Positions 19,246 to 28,709 of a stretch of 64,000 nucleotides of DNA are shown piece after piece (position 1 is the first letter of the stretch; every line of letters starts with the position of its first letter). The notes under the pieces are model-generated. The model did no database searches. It was given only the letters and a program-made list of their open reading frames with translations, and was not told the DNA's origin. The DNA comes from Akkermansia muciniphila (GTDB lineage Bacteria; Verrucomicrobiota; Verrucomicrobiia; Limisphaerales; SIAT01), in NCBI GenBank assembly GCA_945900775.1, contig CAMDJP010000001.1, positions 11,168-75,167 on the forward strand. The letters run 5' to 3'. The position numbers and the translations under genes were made by a program.

Positions 19246-20676
19246 GTGAACAAGCTGGCCAAACTTGATCGCGCCTATGTCTGGCATCCGTTCACCCAGA
19301 TGCGTGACTGGGTGCGTCGCGAGCCGATTGTCATCACTGCCGGAAAAGGGGCAGTGCTGTGGGACGTGCAGGGCAGGGAATATCTCGATGCCAACGCCTC
19401 GATTTGGACGAACCTCCACGGGCACAGGCATCCTCACATCACCGGAGCTATTAAGCGGCAGCTCGGAAAAATTGCCCACTCGTCTGCGCTTGGCTTTGCC
19501 AATGAACCAGCATCCCTTCTGGCTGAACGCTTGGTGAAAGCTGCGAACAGAAAGACTCCTCGAGCAAAGGACGCCCAGCAGCCGCTAAGCAAAGTCTTCT
19601 TCTCCGACGATGGTTCGACGGCTGTAGAAGTGGCTTTAAAACTCGCCTATGAAGTCGCCCGCCGTTTGGGGCGCACTCAAAAACCTCGCTTTCTCTCGCT
19701 CACGGGCGCGTACCACGGCGATACGGTGGGCGCTGTTAGTGTTGGACACATCGACCTCTTTCATAAGGCCTATGATAGTCTTCTTTTCAAGTCGGATGCG
19801 GTGATGGCGCCATATTGTTACCGGTGCCCCTTCAACCGAGCGAAGCCGGATCGAGCCGATGCGCGTGAATACCGCAAATGCAACTGGGAGTGTGTTGGTA
19901 AAGTTGAGCGCCGTGTTGGTGCGCAACGGAAAAAAGGGAATCCATACGCCGCAATGGTCGTTGAACCACTGATGCAGGGGGCGGCGGGAATGATTCCTCA
20001 GCCCGAGGGTTGGTTGCGGCGTGTGGCGGAAATCGTACGCGCTGACGGAGCCCAACTCATCGCGGATGAAGTAATGACTGGTTTTGCCAGGACAGGTCAG
20101 GCATCGGCTTCCTTATTCGCATCGCATCACGAAGGTGTGCAGCCGGATTTTCTCTGTCTCGCGAAAGGCCTGACTGGCGGTTATTTGCCGATGGCGGCGA
20201 CATTGACAACACAGGCCGTGTTCGATGCTTTCCTCGGAAAATACGACGAGTTCAAAACTTTCTTCCACGGTCACAGTTACACTGGGAACCAACTTGGCGC
20301 CGCAGCGGCGATTGCCAGTTTGGATCTCCTGGAAAAACCGGAGAACCGCCGCACTCGACTTCAGCTCGAGAAGACATTGCGGGAAGAATTAAAATCACTC
20401 TGGTCTCTACCAAACGTTGGCGACGTGCGACAGGTTGGGCTTGTTGCTGGCATTGAGTTGGTGCGCGACTGGCGGACGCGAGAGGCATTTGATGTGCGTG
20501 AGCGAGCGGGTATCCGTGTCTGCGAGGCAATGGCGCGACGCGGCGTGCTTACGCGTCCGATTGGCAGTGTGCTACTGTTGGTGCCGCCGTACTGCACAAC
20601 CTTGAAGCAGATTCAGCGGATGGTCGCCGCCATGCGCGAGTCCATCCAGGAAGTCTTCGGAAGAAGAGAGGCCTGA
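19246..20676 (+). CDS. bioA: 7,8-diaminononanoate aminotransferase
   Basis: WHPFTQM, FSDDGSTAVEVALK, YHGDT, DEVMTGF, LAKGLTGGYLP and FFHGHSYTGN motifs. Confidence 0.93.
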   Translation: MNKLAKLDRAYVWHPFTQMRDWVRREPIVITAGKGAVLWDVQGREYLDANASIWTNLHGHRHPHITGAIKRQLGKIAHSSALGFANEPASLLAERLVKAANRKTPRAKDAQQPLSKVFFSDDGSTAVEVALKLAYEVARRLGRTQKPRFLSLTGAYHGDTVGAVSVGHIDLFHKAYDSLLFKSDAVMAPYCYRCPFNRAKPDRADAREYRKCNWECVGKVERRVGAQRKKGNPYAAMVVEPLMQGAAGMIPQPEGWLRRVAEIVRADGAQLIADEVMTGFARTGQASASLFASHHEGVQPDFLCLAKGLTGGYLPMAATLTTQAVFDAFLGKYDEFKTFFHGHSYTGNQLGAAAAIASLDLLEKPENRRTRLQLEKTLREELKSLWSLPNVGDVRQVGLVAGIELVRDWRTREAFDVRERAGIRVCEAMARRGVLTRPIGSVLLLVPPYCTTLKQIQRMVAAMRESIQEVFGRREA

Positions 20677-20681
20677 ACGAT

Positions 20682-22193
20682 TCACTGCTTCTGCTGTTCC
20701 ATAACTACGGCAGGGCTGATGTTGCCCGCGCGATCTACAGCAATCAAAGCGACAAGTTCTGGAAAAATCCCCCCGCTCTTGACGATGTTTCCGGACTTGC
20801 TGGACCCTGCTGCAATAAATGACTCCCAACGTCCGCCGGTGCGGGTCTGCACGAGCCAGCGGGCGACTGGTTCGTTCTCGGAGGGCTGCCACAACATTGC
20901 GAAGCGGTCTTTAGCCGCGTCATATTGGAGACTGACGGCAGGACGGGGCGGCGCGGTCTTGTCCAGCCACGGCGAGGCAGGAACGAGTGCGGGTTGCGTA
21001 TAGACACTGGTAGCGAGGACTGTAGATAGGCCTTTCGCCTCCGACATGAGCGAACTTACGTTCCAGTGAATGTTTCCGCTGGCGCCGGCTTGTTTCCGGG
21101 TGATTGCGATCTGGTTTGCAATTTCACTTGGATTCCATGGGCTGCCAACGCGAGCCGAATTGTTGCCGGGCCAGAGGTGTCGGTTTTTAAGGTTCTGCTC
21201 GGTCCACCATTTTAGGAGAACGGGGTAGCTCTGTGCCTCGGGTTCGATAGCCCAATAGAGCTGCGGTGCACAATAGTCTAGCCATCCGTTCTGGAGCCAT
21301 TTGCGCGCATCGGCGTACAGCGCATCGTAGGCGTCCAGACCTTTTATTTTTTCTGGGTGACCCGGGCGCCAGATGCCGAAGGGACTGATGCCGAACTTCA
21401 CGTGGGGCTTCACGACGTGAATGGCTGAATGAAGGCGTTGCACGAATAAATTGATATTCTCACGCCGCCAATCGTCGCGGCTCATTTTTCCAGCCACGCC
21501 GGCACGTTTCCAACTGGCATCGTCTGGAAAGTCTATCAAACGTTTCTCGCTGTCCTTCTCTTTGTACGGATAGAAATAGTCATCAATGTGCACGCCATCA
21601 ATTTCGTAGCGTTTCACGACATCCAAAATAACGGCGAGCGAGTGCTCCTGCGCATCGCGCTCACCGGGATCGAGCCAGAGGTATTTGCCGTAGGTGCGGA
21701 CGAGTCGGGATTTCGTTTTGCTGACATGCGTTGCGTCGACAGGCGACTTGGCCAAGTTATAACGGGCGCGAAAGGGGTTGAACCATGCGTGCAATTCGAT
21801 ACCGCGCTTGTGGGCTTCCTCTACCGCGAATGCGAGGGGATCATAGAATGGGGTGGGTGCCTGACCCATCTTGCCGGTGAGATATTCCGACCACGGCTCG
21901 AGCTTGGAGTCGTATAGCGCGTCGCATGAGGTGCGCACTTGAAAAATCAGCGCGTTGAGGCGGAGTTGGGTTGCGCGATCAAAGATGGCGAGCAATTCGT
22001 TTTTTTGCTGTTCGGTGGTAAGCCCAGGTTTGGAGGGCCAGTCAATGTTTCCGACCGTGGCAATCCAGGCACCGCGAAACTCTCGCGCAGGCGGTGGAGG
22101 GAGTTGGCTTGATGGCGTGTAGGAGGGAGCGGAGAAGAGTGATGAGACTGCGGCAAGGAACGCCGCTCCGCAGAATCTGATTCGCCCAAACAT
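20682..22193 (-). CDS. GHL10 glycosyl hydrolase-like protein (YddW/DigH family)
   Basis: REFRGAWIATVxNIDWPS, HAWFNPFRA, DGVHIDDYFYPY and GISPFGIW motifs. Confidence 0.92.
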   Translation of the reverse strand: MFGRIRFCGAAFLAAVSSLFSAPSYTPSSQLPPPPAREFRGAWIATVGNIDWPSKPGLTTEQQKNELLAIFDRATQLRLNALIFQVRTSCDALYDSKLEPWSEYLTGKMGQAPTPFYDPLAFAVEEAHKRGIELHAWFNPFRARYNLAKSPVDATHVSKTKSRLVRTYGKYLWLDPGERDAQEHSLAVILDVVKRYEIDGVHIDDYFYPYKEKDSEKRLIDFPDDASWKRAGVAGKMSRDDWRRENINLFVQRLHSAIHVVKPHVKFGISPFGIWRPGHPEKIKGLDAYDALYADARKWLQNGWLDYCAPQLYWAIEPEAQSYPVLLKWWTEQNLKNRHLWPGNNSARVGSPWNPSEIANQIAITRKQAGASGNIHWNVSSLMSEAKGLSTVLATSVYTQPALVPASPWLDKTAPPRPAVSLQYDAAKDRFAMLWQPSENEPVARWLVQTRTGGRWESFIAAGSSKSGNIVKSGGIFPELVALIAVDRAGNISPAVVMEQQKQ

Positions 22194-22310
22194 GGGACCA
22201 TGTTTTACCCTTTATGCGCTTTGAAAACAAGCACGCGGTAGGGCGGCTCTGTTCCCGATGAAGCGGCGATTGCAACTTGCTTCAGAGTATGGTTTGATTA
22301 AAGCCCAACT

Positions 22311-23120
22311 GTGTCTTGGAACGACAAAGTTTTTTTCGCGATCGCCGTGGCCATTTACGGGCTGGGGATGTTCCACGCTTTTTTCCTGTGGCGCCGCGGC
22401 TTCCGCCGGGATGACTGGGTGCTCTACGGCGTGCTGGCGCTCGGCATGGTGTTACACACCGTGGCGATGGCCAAGCGCGGATTCTCGCTGCACCGTTGTC
22501 CGGTCAACAATCTGTACGAGGCCACAGCGTTTGTGATGTGGGCCATCGTGTCCGGCTATTTGGTGATGGGGCTGTGGCCGCGACTGCGTTTTTTGGGCGC
22601 ATTTGTTTCGCCGCTGCTCTTCGCTCTGGGTGTCTTTGCGATGATGCCCGCGCTCGATGCACAGCCGCAATTCACGGGCGGTATCGTCAGCCTGCACGTG
22701 GCGCTCATCGCGTTGGCGTACGGTGCGCTCGGGTTGAGCTTCGGCGGATCGCTCATGTACCTGAGCCAAGAGCACGACTTAAAGTTCGACAAGCTGCGCG
22801 CGATCATCTCGCGGCTGCCCGCCATTCAGCAACTGGAACGTGTGATGGTGCGTTTGATGTTCTGCGGCATTGTGCTGTTGACGGCGGGTTTGGCGGTGAG
22901 TTTTCTGGGCATGAAAGCGCCGCACGGGCAGAGCTTCCTGCAAGACCCCAAAGTCATCTGGTCGCTGGCCGTCTGGCTTTTCTACGTAGGCCTACTAGTT
23001 TGGTATCGGCGCGCGGATCACGGCGGGCATCGATTGGCGTGGGGCAACCTGCTGGGATTCGCGTTCGTGCTGCTCACGTTTTGGGGCGTGAATCTGCTGT
23101 CCAAAATACACAACCCCTGA
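22311..23120 (+). CDS. Cytochrome c assembly protein family (CcsA/HemX-like) membrane protein
   Basis: Multi-pass membrane protein with conserved His residues and DPKVIWS; immediately upstream of hemA. Confidence 0.85.
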   Translation: MSWNDKVFFAIAVAIYGLGMFHAFFLWRRGFRRDDWVLYGVLALGMVLHTVAMAKRGFSLHRCPVNNLYEATAFVMWAIVSGYLVMGLWPRLRFLGAFVSPLLFALGVFAMMPALDAQPQFTGGIVSLHVALIALAYGALGLSFGGSLMYLSQEHDLKFDKLRAIISRLPAIQQLERVMVRLMFCGIVLLTAGLAVSFLGMKAPHGQSFLQDPKVIWSLAVWLFYVGLLVWYRRADHGGHRLAWGNLLGFAFVLLTFWGVNLLSKIHNP

Positions 23121-23122
23121 CC

Positions 23123-24178
23123 ATGCCCATCGTCTGCCTTGGCCTCAATCACCGCACCGCGCCTGTGGAGGTGCGCGAGCGTTTTGCCATCGCCGACAAA
23201 ACGTTGCCGGAAGCGCTGGCGCGTCTATGTGCTGACGCAGGAGCGCAGGAAGCCGTCATCCTTTCTACCTGCAACCGCGTGGAACTGTACGCTGCCACGA
23301 CGGGCGACAGCGCAGCGTTGTTGGCTGCACTGCGCCGTTTCCTGCTGGCCGACCAGCCCGAGCCTGCGGACGGGGTGTTGTACGCACACGCCGAGCCGCA
23401 GAGTGTGCAGCATCTTTTCAAGGTGGCCAGCGGGCTGGACTCGATGATTTTGGGCGAAACGGAAATCCTGGGTCAACTCAAGTCCGCCTACGAAGTGGCG
23501 CTACAACACAAGCGCACTGGCCCGCGCTTGAACCGTGCCTTCCAGCGTGCCTTCAACGTCGCCAAGCTCATCCGCACCGACACCAACATCCAGCGCGGTA
23601 GCGTCTCGGTCGCCTCCGTCGCGGTTGAGTTGGCCGAAAAAATCTTTGATTCGCTCAACGGACGCACCGTGATGGTTATTGGCGCGGGCGATACGGGTGA
23701 GAAAACCGCACGTGCGTTGCTCAGCCGTGGCGCGCAAAGTGTGCTGGTCTCCAACCGTTCGCACGAGCGCGCGGAAGCGCTGGCCCAGGAATTGGGCGGC
23801 CGCGCGGTGCAGTTCGATGCGTGGGAGGAAACATTCAGCCAGATTGATATTATCATCAGCAGCACCAGCGCGCCGCACTACGTGATCGACCGCAAAAAGC
23901 TCGAACCGCTCCAGCGCCGCCGCCATCGCCGCCCGCTTTTGCTCATCGACATCGCCGTGCCTCGTGACATCGAGCCGGAAGTGAATTATCTGGAGGACGT
24001 GTACCTTTACAACATCGATGATTTGCATGCCATCGCTGACGATTATCTGCGCCTGCGCCAGGAAGAGGTGGCCAAGTGTGAGGCTATCATCGCTGGCAAA
24101 GCGCGAGAGATGTTGGAATCCCTGCGCGACGCGCCCGGGTCGATGGGCGCCGCGCGATTGGCTTTCGGCGGAGAATAG
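23123..24178 (+). CDS. hemA: Glutamyl-tRNA reductase (short form)
   Basis: GLNHRTAP, STCNRVE, GETEILGQ and DIAVPRDIE motifs; true start ATG 23123. Confidence 0.95.
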   Translation: MPIVCLGLNHRTAPVEVRERFAIADKTLPEALARLCADAGAQEAVILSTCNRVELYAATTGDSAALLAALRRFLLADQPEPADGVLYAHAEPQSVQHLFKVASGLDSMILGETEILGQLKSAYEVALQHKRTGPRLNRAFQRAFNVAKLIRTDTNIQRGSVSVASVAVELAEKIFDSLNGRTVMVIGAGDTGEKTARALLSRGAQSVLVSNRSHERAEALAQELGGRAVQFDAWEETFSQIDIIISSTSAPHYVIDRKKLEPLQRRRHRRPLLLIDIAVPRDIEPEVNYLEDVYLYNIDDLHAIADDYLRLRQEEVAKCEAIIAGKAREMLESLRDAPGSMGAARLAFGGE

Positions 24179-24179
24179 T

Positions 24180-25205
24180 ATGTCGCCTGAACGCCCCATC
24201 ATCATTGCCACGCGAGGCAGCGCACTCGCGCTTGCTCAGGCGAATGCCATTTTTAATCAATGCCGGAAAGCATTTCCGCGACTCGCATTCGAAATCAAAA
24301 TCATCAAAACCACTGGCGATAAGCTCCAGACTGCGGCTCTGAATCAGGAGGGACAGAGTTTGCCGAAAGGTCTCTTCACAAAAGAGCTCGAGGTCGCCCT
24401 GCTCAAGCATAAGGCTGACCTTGCGGTGCATAGCCTCAAGGATCTCCCCACCGAACTTCCAGGGGGGCTCAAACTCGGCGCCGTCGGAAAAAGAGCCGAT
24501 GTACGTGACGTCCTGATTTATCGCGATGCCGCATACCTGCGCGAGATGGCCTCAAAACAGAGTGTCGTTGAATGGGCGCCAGGTCAGGCTGATCGTCGCG
24601 GATTGAATCCGAAATCGGGCATCAAGGATTTGCCGAAAGGTTGGGTCATTGCCACTAGCAGCCCGCGGCGCAAGGTGCAGGTGCTCGCGTTACGCCCTGA
24701 ACTGACAGTCGTGGATATCCGCGGAAATGTACCGACACGTCTTCAAAAACTCGATGAACGCGCGGAGTTGGATGCGCTTATCCTCGCCGCCGCCGGCCTC
24801 GAGCGGCTTCATTTTCAGATTAAACCCGATGGACGGCTTGTCGGTGATGCAGTTCCGGACGGCCTTTTCGCTGTCCACCTAGATCCGGAGGTCATGCTGC
24901 CGTGCGTGGGCCAAGGTGCTATAGGCATCGAGATCCGAGAGAACGATGAACGCATCGCGACGATTTGCGAGCGGTTGAACCATTTTAATACGCAGCAATG
25001 CGTCACCGCCGAGCGAGCCTTTCTCACCGCGATGGGTGGCGGCTGCAAATCGCCCGTGGGTGCGCACGCCGAGGTGCTCGGGCATCAAATTCGGATGCGG
25101 GTCGTGTCGTTCCAGAACGGGCCGGCACGGCGAGCTGAAGCGCGACGTGTAGTAAAAGAAGCCACAGAACTTGGCCAGCAGCTTGCAGTAGAATTGAAGG
25201 CGTGA
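24180..25205 (+). CDS. hemC: Hydroxymethylbilane synthase
   Basis: ATRGSALALAQA, TTGD, GLFTKELE, AVHSLKDLP, IRGNVPTR and GGGCxSP motifs. Confidence 0.95.
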   Translation: MSPERPIIIATRGSALALAQANAIFNQCRKAFPRLAFEIKIIKTTGDKLQTAALNQEGQSLPKGLFTKELEVALLKHKADLAVHSLKDLPTELPGGLKLGAVGKRADVRDVLIYRDAAYLREMASKQSVVEWAPGQADRRGLNPKSGIKDLPKGWVIATSSPRRKVQVLALRPELTVVDIRGNVPTRLQKLDERAELDALILAAAGLERLHFQIKPDGRLVGDAVPDGLFAVHLDPEVMLPCVGQGAIGIEIRENDERIATICERLNHFNTQQCVTAERAFLTAMGGGCKSPVGAHAEVLGHQIRMRVVSFQNGPARRAEARRVVKEATELGQQLAVELKA

Positions 25206-25936
25206 CTGGAACCATCATCAATGCGGCAGCCGTACTCGTCGGCGGTGCAATTGGGCTTGCGGCAAGTGGACGGATTTCGCTGGCACACCAGCGGCGGATT
25301 AAATTGATTCTCGCTCTGCTTACTATCGCTGCTGGCGGGAGTATGATTTGGGATGGGATTAAAGAAGGGCTAACCCGTGGGGAATTTGCGCGCATCGCGA
25401 AACTGTTCGGTGTTGTTCTTGTCGCCCTAATGCTTGGCAGTCTGACGGGACATTTGCTGGGCATTCAACGGCGCTTGAACAAACTCGGTCAGTATGCGAA
25501 AGAGCGCTTTTCAAAAGCGCAGACAGACGGCACGAAGAATGTGAGTGACGGTTTCGTGACCTGCACGCTGCTTTTCTGCGTTGGCCCGATGGCGATTCTC
25601 GGTTCTCTCCAAGATGGGTTGACTGGTGATTTCACCATTCTGGCCGTGAAAGGGGCGATGGACGGCCTCGCCACATTGGCCTTCACTGTCACCTTCGGCT
25701 GGGGCGTCATGCTGGCCGTTTTGCCGTTGGTGGCCTATCAAGGCGCGATTACTTTGCTGGCGCAGTTGATCGAGCCGTACTTGAAGCAGCCGGAGCTGAT
25801 GCAGTCCATCAATCTCACCGGTGGCTTTCTCGTGTTTTGCATCGTCCTCATCATTCTCGAGGTGAGAAAGGTTGAGTTGGCCAACTACCTGCCTGCGCTC
25901 TGTTTCGCACCCTTGCTGATGTGGCTGCTGGGGTAA
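25202..25936 (+). CDS. DUF554 family membrane protein
   Basis: GTIINAAAV, LFCVGPMAILGS and KxxMDG motifs; GTGA overlap with hemC. Confidence 0.88.
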   Translation: MTGTIINAAAVLVGGAIGLAASGRISLAHQRRIKLILALLTIAAGGSMIWDGIKEGLTRGEFARIAKLFGVVLVALMLGSLTGHLLGIQRRLNKLGQYAKERFSKAQTDGTKNVSDGFVTCTLLFCVGPMAILGSLQDGLTGDFTILAVKGAMDGLATLAFTVTFGWGVMLAVLPLVAYQGAITLLAQLIEPYLKQPELMQSINLTGGFLVFCIVLIILEVRKVELANYLPALCFAPLLMWLLG

Positions 25937-25939
25937 GCC

Positions 25940-26485
25940 TCAGTGCCGAAGCGAAGGAACATCCGCTTGATGCTCCGGCGCGAGAAGTTTCCTTCCCATC
26001 CAATTGAACGGATGGACCAGGTTCGCTGTGCCGGCGTCGTTGAGGAGAAGATGCCCATCGCTTATCCATGCGAAAATTGACCCTTCGAGATTGAAGATGT
26101 TGGTCCTTCCGGCGGCTTGCAAACGCCGAGCCACCTTGCTGGAGCGATAGCCAACTGCGCAGTACAAAACGATAGGCTTATTGGTCGGGATACTGGGGAG
26201 TATCTCCGCAGCGCTAGCTTCAGGATTAATCCGGCGCGCATCGGCAATCCGGCTTATGGCGAACTCAGCTGAATCGCGTACGTCGAACAAGATCGGAGCG
26301 GGTCGGTTTGTGTTCGCAAGCCAGAGGGCAAGTTCGCTCGGCTTGATTTGTTGCACGTCGCTGAACTTGGCGCGAAGAACGTTTTTGGCCAAGGCGAGCC
26401 ACGGACCAGGCAGCGGCATTAGCAGCGCGGTGGTTATTGCCAGTAACGATATTACAAGAAGGAGCTTGGCGGAGTTGGTCTTCAT
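25940..26485 (-). CDS. Exported or membrane-anchored rhodanese-like domain protein
   Basis: DVRxxxEFxxS, YCAVGYRS and NLEGSIFAW motifs; N-terminal hydrophobic segment. Confidence 0.88.
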   Translation of the reverse strand: MKTNSAKLLLVISLLAITTALLMPLPGPWLALAKNVLRAKFSDVQQIKPSELALWLANTNRPAPILFDVRDSAEFAISRIADARRINPEASAAEILPSIPTNKPIVLYCAVGYRSSKVARRLQAAGRTNIFNLEGSIFAWISDGHLLLNDAGTANLVHPFNWMGRKLLAPEHQADVPSLRH

Positions 26486-26577
26486 CGTTCCAACAGCAGA
26501 ATGGAACGTTCTGCAAAAATTGGCAAACCGCCAAAAAGACTTGCCCTGCTTTTTAAGGAGCGGCGATACTAAGGGTA

Positions 26578-27738
26578 ATGAGCGCGGTTCGCATCGGCAT
26601 CATTGGGATGGGCAATATCGGCAAGTTCCACGCCGACTATCTGCTGGCTGACAAGGTGAAGCGCGCGAAGTTGGTCGCCGTTTGCAGCACCTCGCCGCAG
26701 AAGCTGGAGAATTTCAAGGAGAAGGGGGTCAAGGTCTGGGGCGACCCGACGCAACTCCTCCGCTCGGGCGAAGTGGACGCCGTGATCATTGCCACGCCAC
26801 ATTACCAACACACCACACTCGGCATCGCAGCGATCGAGGCTGGCTTGCATGTGCTGGTCGAGAAGCCAATCTCCGCTCATAAGGCAGATGCCGAGCGGCT
26901 CATCGCTGCGGCTAAGGCGCGCCCGAAGGTGAAATTCGCAGCGATGTTCCAGATGCGCGCCGAGCCGCGCTACGCGAAGATTCGCAAGCTGATTCAAGAG
27001 GGTGAGTTGGGGGAGATTGTCCGCGTTAATTGGATCAACACCGATTGGTTCCGGAGTGAAGCGTATTATTCGAGCGGCGGTTGGCGAGCCACATGGAAGG
27101 GCGAGGGGGGCGGTGTGCTCATCAATCAATGCCTACACAACCTCGATATGCTGCAATGGCTCTGCGGAATGCCCGCGCGCGTACGCGGCTTTTGCCAGTT
27201 GGGCCGATTTCATGCAATCGAGGTGGAGGACAATGTGACGGTCTGCCTCGAATGGGCGAACGGCGCGACGGGCGTTTTCGTCAGTTCCACTGGCGAATTG
27301 CCGGGTACAAACCGTTTTGAGATCTGCGGCGTTCGCGGCAAGGTTGTCCTGGAAAAAGACACGCTCACCTTCACGCGCAACGAAGTGCCGTCTGACACGT
27401 GGAACAAGACTTCAAAGATCGGCTTTGCCCGACCTGACACATGGCAGATCTCCATCCCATTTACTAATGCCGAGGCGCCGCACGCGCTTCTCATGCAAAG
27501 TTTTGTGGACGCCATACTCGATGCTACGCCGCTGAGTTGTCCTGGCGAAGAGGGGCTCGGCTCCATCGAACTAGCGAACGCGATGCTCTACTCCTCGCTG
27601 ATCGAGCAGACTGTCGAGTTGCCTATGGATGGCGCAGCTTATGAGAAAAAGCTGAACGAACTGATTGCCGGCTCAAAACTGCAGAAGAAAGTGGTTGAGA
27701 TTTCGACCGAGGATTTCACGAAGTCGTTCACTCGTTGA
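26578..27738 (+). CDS. Gfo/Idh/MocA family oxidoreductase
   Basis: GIIGMGNIG, ATPH, VEKP and GGGVLINQxxHxLD motifs. Confidence 0.93.
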   Translation: MSAVRIGIIGMGNIGKFHADYLLADKVKRAKLVAVCSTSPQKLENFKEKGVKVWGDPTQLLRSGEVDAVIIATPHYQHTTLGIAAIEAGLHVLVEKPISAHKADAERLIAAAKARPKVKFAAMFQMRAEPRYAKIRKLIQEGELGEIVRVNWINTDWFRSEAYYSSGGWRATWKGEGGGVLINQCLHNLDMLQWLCGMPARVRGFCQLGRFHAIEVEDNVTVCLEWANGATGVFVSSTGELPGTNRFEICGVRGKVVLEKDTLTFTRNEVPSDTWNKTSKIGFARPDTWQISIPFTNAEAPHALLMQSFVDAILDATPLSCPGEEGLGSIELANAMLYSSLIEQTVELPMDGAAYEKKLNELIAGSKLQKKVVEISTEDFTKSFTR

Positions 27739-27789
27739 ACAACCGCAAACGGCCGCAAGTTTCTTGCGGCTGAAGTACTGGAAAAAACT

Positions 27790-28668
27790 ATGATTCTGAT
27801 GGGAATTGCTGATGAAGGGGCTGTGACCATAGACGGCCAAATCAAGGTAACACAAGCGCTAGGCTGGAAACACATCGAGGGTCGTGCCGTCGAGGTTTCA
27901 GGTTTTTCGAAGGCCAATTACCACGATATCCCTGATGCTGCGTTCGACATCGTAGCGAACAAGCTGCATGACGCGAATCTCTCAGTCTATTGCTTTGGCT
28001 CCACCATCTGCAACTGGGCTAAGACTATTGAGACGCCACACGATGTAACGCTTTCCGAAGTGCGTCGTGCCATTCCACGGATGCAGCGACTCGGCACCAA
28101 GTTCGTTCGCATCATGAGCTACAAGCCAGCCGATGACGCCGAACACACCCCGCCAGTCGTCTTCGATCGCGTGCGCGAGGTAACGGAGATGTTTCTCGCC
28201 GCAGGCATTCAGCCTGTGCACGAGAATTGTATGAACCACGGCGGGATGAGCTCGCGGCATGGCCTAGAAATGCTGGAGAAGGTTCCCGGCCTGAAGTGGG
28301 TGTTCGATACCGCCAATCCCATCTTCAATGCGGATCGCGCAAAGTCCAAACCGTGGCCGAAGCAGGATCCGTGGGAATTCTGGACGCAAGTGAAACCACA
28401 CGTTGCGCACATCCACATCAAGGACTGCCTCTGGAATCCCGGGAAGAATGACGCGGACTACACGTTCCCCGGAGAAGGCGAAGGGGCTGTGCGCCGTATT
28501 TTGAAGGATGCGTTCGCCAGCGGCTATGACGCCGGCATTTCAATCGAGCCGCATATGACCGTCGTCTTCCACGACGCGCACTCCGTCGCTCCGGAGCAGG
28601 CGATGTTCAATAACTTTGTCGAGTATGGCCAGCGCTTGGAGCGGCTTATCAAAGAGGTTAAAGCCTAG
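27790..28668 (+). CDS. Sugar phosphate isomerase/epimerase (xylose-isomerase-like TIM barrel)
   Basis: HEN, FDTAN, HIHIKD and SIEPH metal-ligand motifs. Confidence 0.88.
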   Translation: MILMGIADEGAVTIDGQIKVTQALGWKHIEGRAVEVSGFSKANYHDIPDAAFDIVANKLHDANLSVYCFGSTICNWAKTIETPHDVTLSEVRRAIPRMQRLGTKFVRIMSYKPADDAEHTPPVVFDRVREVTEMFLAAGIQPVHENCMNHGGMSSRHGLEMLEKVPGLKWVFDTANPIFNADRAKSKPWPKQDPWEFWTQVKPHVAHIHIKDCLWNPGKNDADYTFPGEGEGAVRRILKDAFASGYDAGISIEPHMTVVFHDAHSVAPEQAMFNNFVEYGQRLERLIKEVKA

Positions 28669-28709
28669 TTAGTCTCGAAGAAGCAGTGGTAACTTCGCTC
28701 GATATTCGC

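Noticed and set aside
22496-23122. Apparent N-terminal extension of HemA (560-aa ORF)
   Set aside because: Overlaps the ccsA-like gene in another frame; HemA homology begins at ATG 23123.
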